Source of the DNA: Folioceros fuciformis
Taxonomy: Eukaryota
Length of the DNA stretch: 44,351 nucleotides
Assembly: GCA_049999805.1 (NCBI GenBank)
Contig: JBNGIO010006255.1
Location: 650,832-695,182 of the forward strand
Reading direction: 5' to 3'
In this document: positions 11,602-22,853 of the stretch, in pieces
How the letters are laid out: each line of letters starts with the position of its first letter
Numbering within the stretch: the stretch's first letter is position 1
Position numbers and translations under genes: made by a program
The notes under the pieces: generated by a model
Told to the model about the DNA's origin: nothing
The model's input: the letters and a program-made list of their open reading frames with translations, nothing else
The model's database searches: none

Positions 11602-14018
11602 ATGAACAAATTTTATGTTTTTATGTGTTTTGTGATTTTTATGAGTCACTTAAGCAACGCAAATGCTAAGAACTTTACTGGTCTTTACATCTTTGGAGAC
11701 TCATCTGTCGATGCTGGTAATAATCAACATCGGAATACTCATGGGTTAGCACGAGCTAACTTTCCTCCATATGGGCAAGATTTTATAAACCATGAAGCTA
11801 GTGGACGACATACTAATGGTTTTCTTGTCATTGATGTTCTAGCTCAATATCTCAATTTGACTGATCTGCCACTTCCCTATCTTAGTCTGCAAAATAATAA
11901 TCTTGGTGGAGCTATTAATTTTGGATCAGCTAGATCTGGTATTCTTTCAGATACAGGTGTACATCAATATGGAGATGTTATATCATTGAGGGACCAGCTT
12001 ATGTACTTCAGAGAAGATACATTAAACCAACTCCGTCAATATGATCCAGCAAACTATGCTTATCATGTAGCTAACTCTCTAATTTATGTGTCAACAGGAA
12101 ATAGTGATTGGATGGAATTTCTCGTAAGCAACAATGAAACCACATCGAAAGGAGCAAACCAATTTGCAGACAACATTCTAAGCGAATTTGAAGCTATCAT
12201 CCAAGACTTATATAATTTAGGAGTACGAAAGTTTATTATTGCAGAGGTGCAACCTCTAGGTTGTATGCCATTTATATTGGCAAAGCTTAATGCAACAAAT
12301 ACTTCGGGATCTTGTGTAGGTCATATCAACCAAAAGATTGTAGGTTATAATAACAAACTTCAAGTATCAATGAAGGACATGCTTGAACAAGATGGTGGAA
12401 TTCAAGACGCAAAAGTATTTATAGCTCCTACTTATCATATCACTCATTATTTGATAAAAAATCTTTCTAGTTATGGATTTGAAAGTAATACTGCATGTTG
12501 TGGTGGAGGAGCTTTTAATGGCCAAACTTACTATAAGCCAAATGCTTCTGCCTGTGATAATGCAAAACAACTTCCTTGGTGGGATGCCTTTCATGCATCA
12601 CAAGCAGTAAACAAAATTATTGGGCGAGAATTTTATTTTAAGTCATATCATCCTGCACCACCCCTTGTTGGTGCTATTGCAGATATTATTCAACACATCT
12701 ATGATGATGATCATAACTCATCAAGTCCATCAAGCTCAAGACCAATTTCAAGTCCACTAAGCTCAAGACCAGTTTCAAGCCCACCAAGATCGGCAACACC
12801 AGTGTCAACCCCAAGTGCATCGACAACTGTCCCCAAGCCAGTCGTCAAGGCACCCGTTCTTAGTCCAACGGCTAAGGCTCCTGTCCCCAAGCCAGTCGCC
12901 AAGGCACCCGTTCTTAGTCCAACGGCTAAGGCTCCTTTCCCCAAGCCAGACGCCAAGGCACCAGGCCGTAGCCCAATGGCTAAGGCTCCCATCCCCAGGC
13001 CAGTTGCTAAGGCACCTACCCGTAGCCCAACGGCTAAGGCTCCTATCCCCAGCCCAGCGGCTAAGGCTCCTATCCCTAGCCCAACGGCTAAGGCTCCTAT
13101 CCCCAGCCCAGCGGCTAAGGCTCCTATCCCTAGCCCAGCGGCTAAGGCTCCCGTCCGTAGGCCAGTCGCTAAGGCTCCTATCCCTAGGCCAGTCGCCAAG
13201 GCACCCGTCCATAGCCCAGTGGCTAAGGCTCCCATCCCCATGCCAGCCACTAAGGCACCTACCCCTAGCCCAGTGGCTAAGGCTCCCGTTCCTAGGCCAG
13301 CGGCTAAGGCACCCATCCCCACGCCAACGGCTAAGGCTCCTATCCCCAGCCCCAACACCAAGGGCCCAGTTGCCAAGGCACCCGTCCCCAGCCCAGTGGC
13401 GAAGGCTCCCATCCCCAGCCCAGTCGCCAAGGCACCCATCCCTAGCCCAGTGGCGAAGAAGGCACCCGTCCCCAGCCCAGTNNNNNNNNNNNNNNNNNNN
13501 NNNNNNNNNNNNNNNNNNNNNNNNNNNNNNNNNNNNNNNNNNNNNNNNNNNNNNNNNNNNNNNNNNNNNNNNNNNNNNNNNNNNNNNNNNNNNNNNNNNN
13601 NNNNNNNNNNNNNNNNNNNNNNNNNNNNNNNNNNNNNNNNNNNNNNNNNNNNNNNNNNNNNNNNNNNNNNNNNNNNNNNNNNNNNNNNNNNNNNNNNNNN
13701 NNNNNNNNNNNNNNNNNNNNNNNNNNNNNNNNNNNNNNNNNNNNNNNNNNNNNNNNNNNNNNNNNNNNNNNNNNNNNNNNNNNNNNNNNNNNNNNNNNNN
13801 NNNNNNNNNNNNNNNNNNNNNNNNNNNNNNNNNNNNNNNNNNNNNNNNNNNNNNNNNNNNNNNNNNNNNNNNNNNNNNNNNCAGCTGCTAAGGCTCCCGT
13901 CCCCACCCCAGTCGCTAAGGCACCAATCTCATCTTCTCCATTCTCTGAATTTGATGACCCTATTGACCCTGATAGCCCTGATGGTGATGGTATTCCTCCC
14001 TACATCCATGAGGACTAA
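11602..14018 (+). CDS. Secreted GDSL/SGNH esterase-lipase fused to a C-terminal Pro/Ala/Lys-rich repeat domain (spans an assembly gap)
   Basis: Signal peptide MNKFYVFMCFVIF..., block I IFGDSSVDAGNN, FPPYGQDF, GRHTNG, PLGCMP, CCGGG and block V WWDAFH. After the gap the repeat frame reads AAKAPVPTPVAKAPISSSPFSEFDDPIDPDSPDGDGIPPYIHED* (TAA 14016-14018). The ORF-track end at 14055 is in the wrong frame. Confidence 0.88.
12830..13926 (+). repeat. Coding minisatellite, 27-bp unit encoding AKAP(I/V)P(S/R/K)P(V/T/A)
   Basis: More than 20 visible copies of gctaaggctcc(t/c)atccc(c/t)agccca(g/a)(c/t)g, interrupted by the 400-N gap. Confidence 0.95.
13482..13881. other. Assembly gap (400 N) inside the minisatellite
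   Basis: Run of N. Confidence 1.
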
Positions 14019-14349
14019 AAAGAATTTGTTATGTTTTCAACTTGAACACTATTAGAATTGTTAGATGGATTGTTTAGGTGCTATTGGTAGTCACTAGGCT
14101 TTAGGGGGTTAGCCCTTAGTATTTCAATCATAATTTACCTCTGGGTTTTTTTTTAGGATTTAATTTTGGATTTAAAATTTGTTTTCTTTGACTTTTGTGG
14201 TCATCTTCACTTGTGACCCTTTTTTATTCATAATAAACACATTTTATTGAAGTTCTAGTACATTGGGTTTGTCTGGTGATATTTCAAGAACTTTAATTAA
14301 ACTAAATTCAAATGTCAATTAGATACATATCTTAAATCAAAATTGCCAT

Positions 14350-14664
14350 ACAACTCTCGCACTCCAGTCATTAGTGATGTTTAACGCAAGGCGCTATGGG
14401 TCACTGCGAAAGTAATGAGCTCACGAGTCTCGAGGTGCCTAGCCATGCCCACATGCCATCAACGGGCACATTGCTCAATGGCTCATGCCCAACGGGTAGC
14501 CCATTCCCGACGGCGCTGGTGCGGGAATGTGAGTGTTGCGCACCGATATTGTGTATACATACACAGTAATACATGATTAGACTGGCTAGGAGGAGAACAA
14601 TGGTTTTCCGGCCGGATGTGCCTGCAGATTTCAAACTGAGCTCCCTTCTCTCTCCCGGCTTTTC
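14350..14664 (+). repeat. Left TIR of the MULE
   Basis: ctcgaggtgcctagccatgc, tggctcatgcccaacgggta, gtgagtgttgcgc, ggagaacaatggtttt and tgcagatttcaaactgagctcccttctctctcccg all recur inverted and collinear at 18293-18550. Weaker similarity extends outwards. Confidence 0.9.
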
Positions 14665-14731
14665 ACTCTTCGGCTCCCGAAGGCATGCATTATTGTTCAG
14701 TCAAATACCTATGTTTCTGGAGCTTGTGACA

Positions 14732-15475
14732 ATGACGGAGTTTCAAGTGCCATTGCCTTGAGGTTCATCCGAAGAGCAATCTTATGAAGTAGAGTATAGG
14801 TGACAAGCAAGAGGCAACTTTGAAGACTCTACCTTTGGGATTGAGTTCAATGTCATAATGAAGGTTGATTTGCAGAGTGTTGTTGCTTTATTGTCGAAAG
14901 ACGAGCCTATGCAACTTAGTAAGCTACCCGTTTAGGTAGTTGTTGTTGGTTTCGGTACTGGCTCGCATGTAACCCGTGGGTGCAATGAATGTATGACAAG
15001 AATGGCACCAAATGGCTGGTGTAAGAACTACAAAGTGCACACAACTAGTCGTGTCCAGTACCGTCTTTGATTATTAATTGAAGATGAAACCTGCCAAGCA
15101 TCGGTCGTTGTGGCATTTATCGTTGGCAAGGATTTCACTCATCTCACCCCTCAGGAATTCAATGTGAAGCAACTACAAGGCAAGGCCATTGGTGTATTTG
15201 AGAGATTGCAGGGAAGGCATTTCGACTGCCTCTTCTTCATCAAATGAGCAACAAGTAGACACTCCACTAGTTTAATAATCATACGAGTAGACGTAGGATA
15301 CATTCAAGAATTATTTCCACCAATGGACTCCACAGGAAGGTTTGCACCAATTACGCCTACAGCCTCTGTTGACAACCCATGTACTCCTCTACTACAAACC
15401 ATTCCTAGCTTTTTGGACATGGAGAGCACTCCGAGAGTAGTATATCATCATGTTGAACGATCAAGGGCCAAGAAA
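14732..15475 (+). pseudogene. RPA70 C-terminal-like (zinc ribbon + OB-fold) gene remnant inside the MULE
   Basis: One unbroken frame from ATG 14732 with five stops: ...VVVVGFGTGSHVTRGCNECMTRMAPNGWCKNYKVHTTSRVQYRL*LLIEDETCQASVVVAFIVGKDFTHLTPQEF...FERLQGRHFDCLFFIK*... This fits the RPA1 DBD-C pattern CxxC...WCxxC...YRLxLxIxDxT. The 3' end is uncertain. Confidence 0.65.
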
Positions 15476-15933
15476 GTGACTTTGGCTCTACCTGTAATCC
15501 TTTGCTCATGCTTGTCCGTGACATTAACAATCATTATTGTCTCCCTACCCACTCTGCAGCTTATGGTGACTTTTATGCTTGCCTGCATTGCAGGCTTTGC
15601 CACGTGCTGGCTATTGTAAGTTGATGTACTGTTCACAAATGCAATCCCACGGTCTCTTCCTGTGGTTGGGATCACACAATATCTTCATGTGTCACAAAGC
15701 ACACAGAGCTAGTTTCAAACTCATGTTCGTAAATTGGAACTCAAATGTGTGGGATGCACGTTACATTCAATAGAAGATTAATCCCGCGATGCACTAGCCA
15801 TATGGACAAACGTGGTTGGCTTTTGTTTAGGAGGTAGCTACCACCCCCCTACCCTACTCTCCCACAATGGGAGCTTTCATTTCAACCTGTTATCATTGTT
15901 ACTAGTATTAGCTACCATAGGCAATAAAGGAAG

Positions 15934-18211
15934 TTAATTGCTCCCTTCAGTTTTCACACTTAGGCCTTCCAACTGCCTGATCAATGGCTGCAGCATTGCA
16001 CTTACATGACCCTGTATAGAAGGGTATTTGTCCACCACAACACTTATCTGGTCCCAAAGACATTCCAATGTTTGTGACCCTTGGCCCCTTGCACCTATAG
16101 TTGTCAGAAATTCACAGGACACTTGCATAGGCCGTACTTGTGATGTATGCGCTTGGTGGCTCCAAGGATGCTCGCCACAACTGCTGTATTGACAACCAAG
16201 AAGAGATTGGGCTGGCATACGTCGCTATTGAGTCTGCACAGTAGCAATTTTACAGTACTTGGCAACTAAATACCCAGTTGGAACTACTTTGTCTAAAAGC
16301 AACATCTCTTTGAACTGGTGCTTGCACATGAAGCCCTTGGCCCCTTGTTTGCAAGTGCACCAGCCCCACTGTGTACCAGCCCCACTCACAACATACTCTT
16401 TGAGTCTCCCAGATTCTTCATTGGTGACATAAGCAAAATGATTTGTGGATGCCACAGATGGTAGGAAACATGACCGTCTGGAATATTAGACGCTTTATGC
16501 AAAGCACTTCGAACTAGCTACTCCTGCTCACTATTTGGGATAATACCAACGGCTTTGCACTGAGCTACATATTAGAAATGACGATTTACTTCCTCAAACA
16601 AGATGTATAGTAACCAGTCGAGCCACTTGCTTCATAGGGTTTTCTTGAACAACAAACACCTATACTCTAAATGCTTGTGGTACACTTCAATTGAAGAGTT
16701 GCAATCCTAGCCTACGTAGGGCACGATTCTCGTAGCTTTTATCCATTGGTCCATGTTAGGACCCCATTCTTCCTTGAAATATCACACAAAGGTACTTGCT
16801 GAATGTTCGAAGGTCTCATAAAAGGCGTGCACCCACAATTTTGCTACTTCAATGTCATGGAGCCTATCAGGAGTGTCCATATACATCAATTCACCAAGCA
16901 CTTGCATAATTGCATGCCTCGTGGATGAGTCTTTTAACATTCTTGAGCAATTGACGTAAACATGCTCTAGGAATGTGCCACAAACAAAGAAATACCATGA
17001 TGGATGAGCTGACCACAGTTTTCATAGCATTTATTTCAGCTAGACAATCATCAACAAGGAAGGCAGTTGGTTGCCAATATGCCTTGTGCATAATCGTCTT
17101 TCCTTTCAAGTGGCCTAACCACTGGGCAATATCCGACCCTGTGGTTTTGCTTGTGATGATCCATGCCGCGGGGATACCGTTGAAGCGCTCATCGAACACT
17201 AAGAGAGTAAAGAGCTGGAATTTCTACTTATTCGTCCCGAATGTAGCATCCATTGCTATCACGGACTTATGGCCATACATGAGCATAGCTTGCATCTAGA
17301 ATTCATTTAGGATACAAAGCATGAAGTCCACACCCTGCTGGTCTGTACGCAGCTCTTGAAAGAAAACATGTTGCTGGTGGATGTCCATGGATATGTTGAC
17401 ACTGATTTCGTCAATTGCATGAAACCTCCACACTCATGCATCTAGTTCAGCCTGGATGTTCTTGATATCACGTGGCAATAAGAAGTCATCCCATTCTAAA
17501 ACAGCAGAAGGATCACGTTGCTTCCTCATGTACACTTTAGACTCATGATCTACTAGAATTTGAAAGGCCATTGTCTTGCATAAGAGCTTATACTTCACCC
17601 ACTACTTTTTTTGTAGAGGACAGGTAAGGAGCAAGCATGTAGTCGGGGCTTGGATTATGAGCAAGCAGTCCGTGACAGAAATGACCACTCAAACCCACAT
17701 GGTGCCACTCATGAACTCTCAATTGACCAATATGGGGATATGACTCTAGCTGGCTTACAAAGAGCTTAAAAAGACATACTCTCTCCGCAAGCTACTCTCG
17801 ACCTCCTACTTCTAGAACCCGATTTGGGCTTGTTAGTAATATCTAAACATGGTTCAGTGCTGCTCACAATTTTCTTACGATAACCATAAGCACAGCAAAA
17901 CTTGATATAATGAGATGGTGAGGTACCATACATGCCATGTTTCCTATTCCCTATCCTAGTCTACACATTGGCCCTCACTATTTTGGTAGGAAAGAATTTG
18001 GACTTTTCCTCGCTTGCAATGAAATCATGGTACCTTGCCCAAGGGATGTAGCATACCTTCACGGAGGTCACCACTTGCTTTTAAGCATGGATTGTATCTT
18101 GCCCCTGTTAGCATTCTTTGGAAAATTGACCAGGTGGTCGATGCTACACAACAAAGGGAAAAGCCTCTCCTTGGCCACAGTCACCACTTTCAATGAAAGA
18201 CGTAGATCCAT
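15934..18211 (-). pseudogene. MULE transposase with SWIM zinc finger, disrupted by stops and frameshifts
   Basis: YGHKSVIAMDATFGTNK*KFQLFTLLVFDERFNGIPAAWIITS...FLVDDCLAEINA...FLCLWH (first two Asp of DDE plus CxxH, ~16960-17280). SWIM motif CTC...GFMCKH at ~16318-16365. Confidence 0.92.
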
Positions 18212-18292
18212 TTGCCGTCCTTGGCAAGCGATGTCTGGATTAAGGAGACACGGTCATCACGGACGCCCTACTTATTCCGGAAAGATCACTTA

Positions 18293-18615
18293 TGAAAACC
18301 TTCGGGAGAGAGAAGGGAGCTCAGTTTGAAATCTGCACGCACATTCGGCCGTAAAACCATTGTTCTCCCTCCAGCCTGTCTGATCGTGCATTACTCTACA
18401 CGTACACACAAGACCGGTGGTATGCTGTGGTACTGAGTCGTCGCGCAACACTCACCGTCCCGCACCCGCGACATGGGATACCCGTTGGGCATGAGCCACA
18501 GGGCAATGTGGCCGTTGACGGCGTGCGAGCATGGCTAGGCACCTCGAGAATCGTTCGCCATAACCGATGGCGCCTGCAATGTTTAACTCAATGATACAGG
18601 GGGTGGCGTGGGATC
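18293..18615 (-). repeat. Right TIR of the MULE
   Basis: cgggagagagaagggagctcagtttgaaatctgca ... tacccgttgggcatgagcca ... gcatggctaggcacctcgag is the reverse complement of the left TIR. Confidence 0.9.
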
Positions 18616-18751
18616 GTACGTTGTCTTGAAAGGTCATGAATTTTGGGTACATCGTAATGCGCGTCCTAAATTAAGAACTATGAACTAAAGCGAACCTCAA
18701 AACGGCCCGCAGCCGCCCTGAACGCCGTCCAAAATTGAAGTGGGAAACCAT

Positions 18752-20104
18752 TTCTGTAGTCCACACCAAAGACGACAGAGTCAGGTGGCGACATAAAAGC
18801 GACTTTAATACAAAGTCAGAACATCGGTACGAAGCTTACAGATCTTGTTGAAGGCAACAATGTCGCAACTTTGGATGTAGTTTGAAGCAGGCTCACTCAA
18901 CAGAAAATCCTCGATTAGGTTATCCACTGAGACTAAATCATCCTCAATGGTCATCATGATCGTCAACTTCTTGATTCCTGCTACGACTGTCTGTAACTTG
19001 GCTGCAGATCACGGAGCAGAGGTATCACGTAAGACAACGGAGCAGGAGGCTAACAGCAGATCACCGTGCATGAGGACTAAAGCAGGGAAGGACAATTCCA
19101 AGACAACGAAATACCACGGCCCTGAGAACAAGAAGTACTTACAGGCACCCCACATAAGACCAGGCATTTCCACCCTGCGGACATGTTCCTCCAACAGTGT
19201 CATGTCCGTCTCGTCATCCCAAGGCTTAACGTCAAGCAGGACGGAAGACTTTCCGACTGCAAACATCACCATCATGAACATAATTAGCGCAAGGGTATTC
19301 ACATCCCGATCAAACAGCAACGTTGCTCTTGCGTGACAAAAACTAACATCCTGGACAGCGATACTGACCTACTTTTTTGCTCGTTCCCGCTTTCTTCAGA
19401 GCAGCTTCTCGCTCAGCTGCGGCAGCTTTCTCTTCTTCAGTCTCTTCTCCAAAAAGATCCAGATCATCGTCATCATCTACTGCCTGCTGAAAAGAACACG
19501 CAGTTAGCCTTCGTCCCACACAGACCTTCCACAAACAGGAGCCAGTCTTCGCGTGGCTGACCTGAGCTGGCTTAACCTCTGCAGGAGCAGGTGTGGTAGG
19601 AGCCTCCGGCACAGCGGCAGGGACAGACGGCGGGACAGGGACGAACTCCCGGTTCGTGGACGGATGTCCGATCACGACACCAGCACCTTGGCCCTGAAAG
19701 CTGTGGAGCCAAACGCAGTGTCAAGGACACCCAAAAAACAAGACATGAACCCAATCTCAAACTAAATCCAGGTGCTGAGTACCCAACCTGCTGCCCAGGA
19801 GGGCGCTGATGTGCCTATACCACCGGGAGACGTTGATTAGATCGGCGGATGGGATCCCCGTCAGAGCAGCGTATACGGCTAGATCATCCTTTGAAGCCTG
19901 GTAGCTGGACGATGTAGCACCACGTCAATCTTTAATCCGCATACGACATGCAGGTAGCAGCAGGCGCTTAAACCAAACACTGAAATCCACCAAAAGGGCC
20001 AAAGGCGGGAACTTGGCTTACGCCGAGATGTAGCTTCGCGTGAGCAGATACTCGTCCAGCTGCTTCAGCCCCTGGTGGCTAGAGATGTCCAACACAAGGG
20101 CCAT
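18752..20104 (-). CDS. Translation elongation factor 1-beta/delta (eEF1B); 7 coding exons (20104-20022, 19904-19788, 19700-19562, ~19486-19369, 19256-19143, 19001-18840, 18753-18752)
   Basis: [70 protein letters not shown] and [16 protein letters not shown] introns are in frame, and the stop codon T|AA is split by the last intron. Confidence 0.95.
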
Positions 20105-20943
20105 GGCTCTCACACCTCCGCAGCTGACTGAGCGGTCGCGAATGGGCCGAGAGAGGTAACGCCGTAACCACTCGTGGAGGAGGGACACCGCTGAGAGCCT
20201 AAAAAGCCGAGTCTCCGACGGTGGGGAAGAAGCAACCCACAATGACTTGCCCTAATACGTACTTGAGATTCACGGTACATCGGCGCACAAGTAATAGCAT
20301 ACTTGAAACTAGGTCAAAGAAAAAGTTAAACATGAATCTTGTGCTGTATTGCTGAATAAATGGGTGAAAGGCCATGCGTCGGGGATCTTTGCCGAGGCGC
20401 AAATCCCGCCTGGCTGTCTTCTGCTTTTCAATTTCGGTCTCCCTGCAAGGACTGTCTGCGGGGAGTCTTGAAATTGCGGCTGAGGAGTTGGGAGTTTTGG
20501 CGAGATAGTCTCACAGCACACAAGCTGTGTTTGGAGAGGTCGTTGGGAGCAACGCGAGCCCCCTAGGCTTTTCCATTCTAATCTTTCCCTCCCGATGTTG
20601 TCTTCTCTCAAGACCGCGTGGATATATCAGTCTCTTGGAGCGTGCTGGAAGCCCCATGTGAAGATGTCGGAATGGGGCCTGGCCCCCACACCTGCAGGAC
20701 TGCCGTGGTCCTGCGTTGTTTCAAACCTTAGCTTTCCGCTAGGGTCCTGGCCAAAGAAAGGCCCGGAGGGAGATGGAGTGAGTCTTTGAGCCTGCACTTG
20801 CTCGAGTGCTTCGCTACCAGGAGATGACCTGTAGCGGAGACTGGCATTTCAATGTGGCTGTTGGCTAGTCAGATGCGAGGGTTCGAGTGTTGCAGAAGCA
20901 GGAACAGGGGCAGAGGATGGGGGCTGGTGTCAGGACGGAGGGC

Positions 20944-20987
20944 CCCTTGAGTAGGAAGGGTTGCAGGGCCCTTGAGTAGGAAGGGTT
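20944..20987 (+). repeat. Short tandem duplication (cccttgagtaggaagggtt x2, 25-bp period)
   Basis: Direct inspection. Confidence 0.85.
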
Positions 20988-22097
20988 TACGGATTTGTGC
21001 ACAAGCGTGTTGCCTTCCTCTATGCTCGCTCTTCGTTCTTGGAGCAGCAGCAGTGTGTATTTCGAAAAACGCAGGTGTGTGGAATCTGGTGTGTAGATTG
21101 TGGACGGGGAGGCTGCAGCGGATCTGGCCAAGCCAAGCAGCTGGTTTCTAGGATATTTTCACCCGCCTCGCCTCGCCTCGCCCCGCCCCGCCAGCGATCA
21201 GGGGCATGGAGTCGGGAAGTTTCGGGGACGTGCAAGGCAGTGCGTGGAACTACGGTATGCGTATGCGGATTATTGGCAACAGAATTCCTTCCCCCTTCCC
21301 TTACCAAGGATGAGAAGGCGATGCTAATGGTTCATATAGTGACATGATTTCATTTATTTATCTTTGCTCATGCCTTCAACGCAGCTGGTGGATTAAAATA
21401 TTGTGAAGGAACGGTGTGAGATACATAATATAGTGGTGACGACAATGAGCATAAGTCTCTGGAGCTGCACGGCCCATAGTCCCAAGGCTTGCGAAGAAGC
21501 CAATATTTGTCTCCGACGTGCAGCAGAAAAAGGACAAGGTCCTTAGAGGCACGACACTGAAACCAAAACCGAAACCGAATCCGATCACGAACCAGTTGAT
21601 GGGCCAAGTGCGGTGGCCACTTGCGGCTTCCTGTTGGCTTCTGATCCTCGATCCCCCGTGGAGTGACATTCTTTATTCTTGTCAGCTCAGCACACTTCAT
21701 GTCCCCCCACTTTCAAGGTAGTGAGATCGGTGTTCCGACTCCTCGAAATGGTTATCACGCTGCGAAGCAGATCGCTCTCTCTCTTCTCTCTAGCGCCGTC
21801 GACTCACTGTCTATTATTGGGAAAATGAAAACATGCGGCACCGGGATCCCGCAGGTCGGGGCACTTTGTGGTGTTATGAGTGACCAGGGGCGAACCCCGG
21901 CCACGCCGCGGTGCCGAATTTTTCTGCTCCTTCTACTGACTGCGCGTCTTGTGCGAAGCACCATCTGGTCCATGCTCTGGCCTGCTGTGGCTGTGACTGG
22001 AGAAATGCCGTTAGCAGCAGGAACGCACTGACGCTCCTTCCTCGCCTGCTGCTCTTCCGAATTGGCGTGGGTGCGGGATAAATGAGATCCCTTTCCT

Positions 22098-22853
22098 ATG
22101 CTGCAGCACATGGGAGGATTGTCCACCTCCACCTTTGTGGGAGCAACTAAATCGGTGCGCAATCCCTGGTGTCGGAGGTTCGTGACCATGGCACATGCGC
22201 AGTCGCAAATGTGCCCCAACGTGAAGTGGCATCAGGGGTGCGTGACTCAGGAGCATCGCAGGAACATCCTGGACCAGAAGGGTTGCATTGTGTGGTTCAC
22301 AGGGCTCAGCGGATCCGGGAAGAGCACTGTGGCGTGTGCGGTCGAGCGCTACCTTACTGGCCTGGGCAAGCTGAGCTACGTTCTGGACGGGGATAACATT
22401 CGCCATGGGCTGTGCAAGAATCTCGGCTTCTCGCCGGCTGACCGGGAGGAGAACATCAGGAGAGTCGGGGAGGTGGCAAAGCTCTTCTCGGATGCCGGGC
22501 TTATCACCTTGGTGAGCTTCATTTCTCCTTACCGAAAGGACAGGGAGTTTGTGCGAAGCCTGGTGAGCAAGGACGAGTTCATCGAGGTGTACATGAAGGT
22601 GCCCTTGGAGGTTTGTGAGAAGCGTGACTGCAAGGGGCTGTACAAGCTCGCCAGAGCTGGTAAACTGAAAGGGTTTACTGGGATTGATGACCCTTACGAA
22701 GTGCCTGAGAAGCCGGAAATTGTGCTTGATCTCTACTCCAAGTGTGGGGATACTGTTTCTCCGGACGCTATGGCTAAGGAGCTGATTCAGTTCTTGAGCG
22801 ATCGTGGGTTTCTGCGTGGAGCAGGTATGGGTATGTGGCCGCAGGGCGAGTGA
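22098..22853 (+). CDS. APK: Adenylyl-sulfate (APS) kinase, intronless, with a possible short transit peptide
   Basis: [17 protein letters not shown] (P-loop), [42 protein letters not shown] and FTGIDDPYE. The start could be 22098, 22110 or 22188. Confidence 0.95.
   Translation: MLQHMGGLSTSTFVGATKSVRNPWCRRFVTMAHAQSQMCPNVKWHQGCVTQEHRRNILDQKGCIVWFTGLSGSGKSTVACAVERYLTGLGKLSYVLDGDNIRHGLCKNLGFSPADREENIRRVGEVAKLFSDAGLITLVSFISPYRKDREFVRSLVSKDEFIEVYMKVPLEVCEKRDCKGLYKLARAGKLKGFTGIDDPYEVPEKPEIVLDLYSKCGDTVSPDAMAKELIQFLSDRGFLRGAGMGMWPQGE

Larger units (their letters stand above)
14350..18615. mobile_element. Degenerate Mutator-like (MULE) DNA transposon with long terminal inverted repeats and two convergent genes
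   Basis: ~14350-14664 is the reverse complement of ~18293-18615, and a MULE transposase pseudogene lies inside. Exact termini and target-site duplication were not resolved. Confidence 0.9.

Noticed and set aside
12711-13439. 242-aa GALAxGL repeat ORF on the minus strand
   Set aside because: Antisense shadow of the stop-free 27-bp coding repeat.
12830-13926. CRISPR-like regular repeats
   Set aside because: No unique spacers; this is a coding minisatellite in a eukaryotic gene.
13882-14055. ORF-track C-terminus of the GDSL protein (QLLRLPSPP...)
   Set aside because: Frame artefact of the N gap; the AKAP repeat continues in another frame that ends at 14018.
14220-14350. Exact outer MULE terminus and 9-bp target-site duplication
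   Set aside because: Similarity to the right end fades and no matching direct repeat could be identified by eye.
21715-21755. tRNA T-loop-like gttccgactcc
   Set aside because: Not the GTTCRA consensus, and no cloverleaf.
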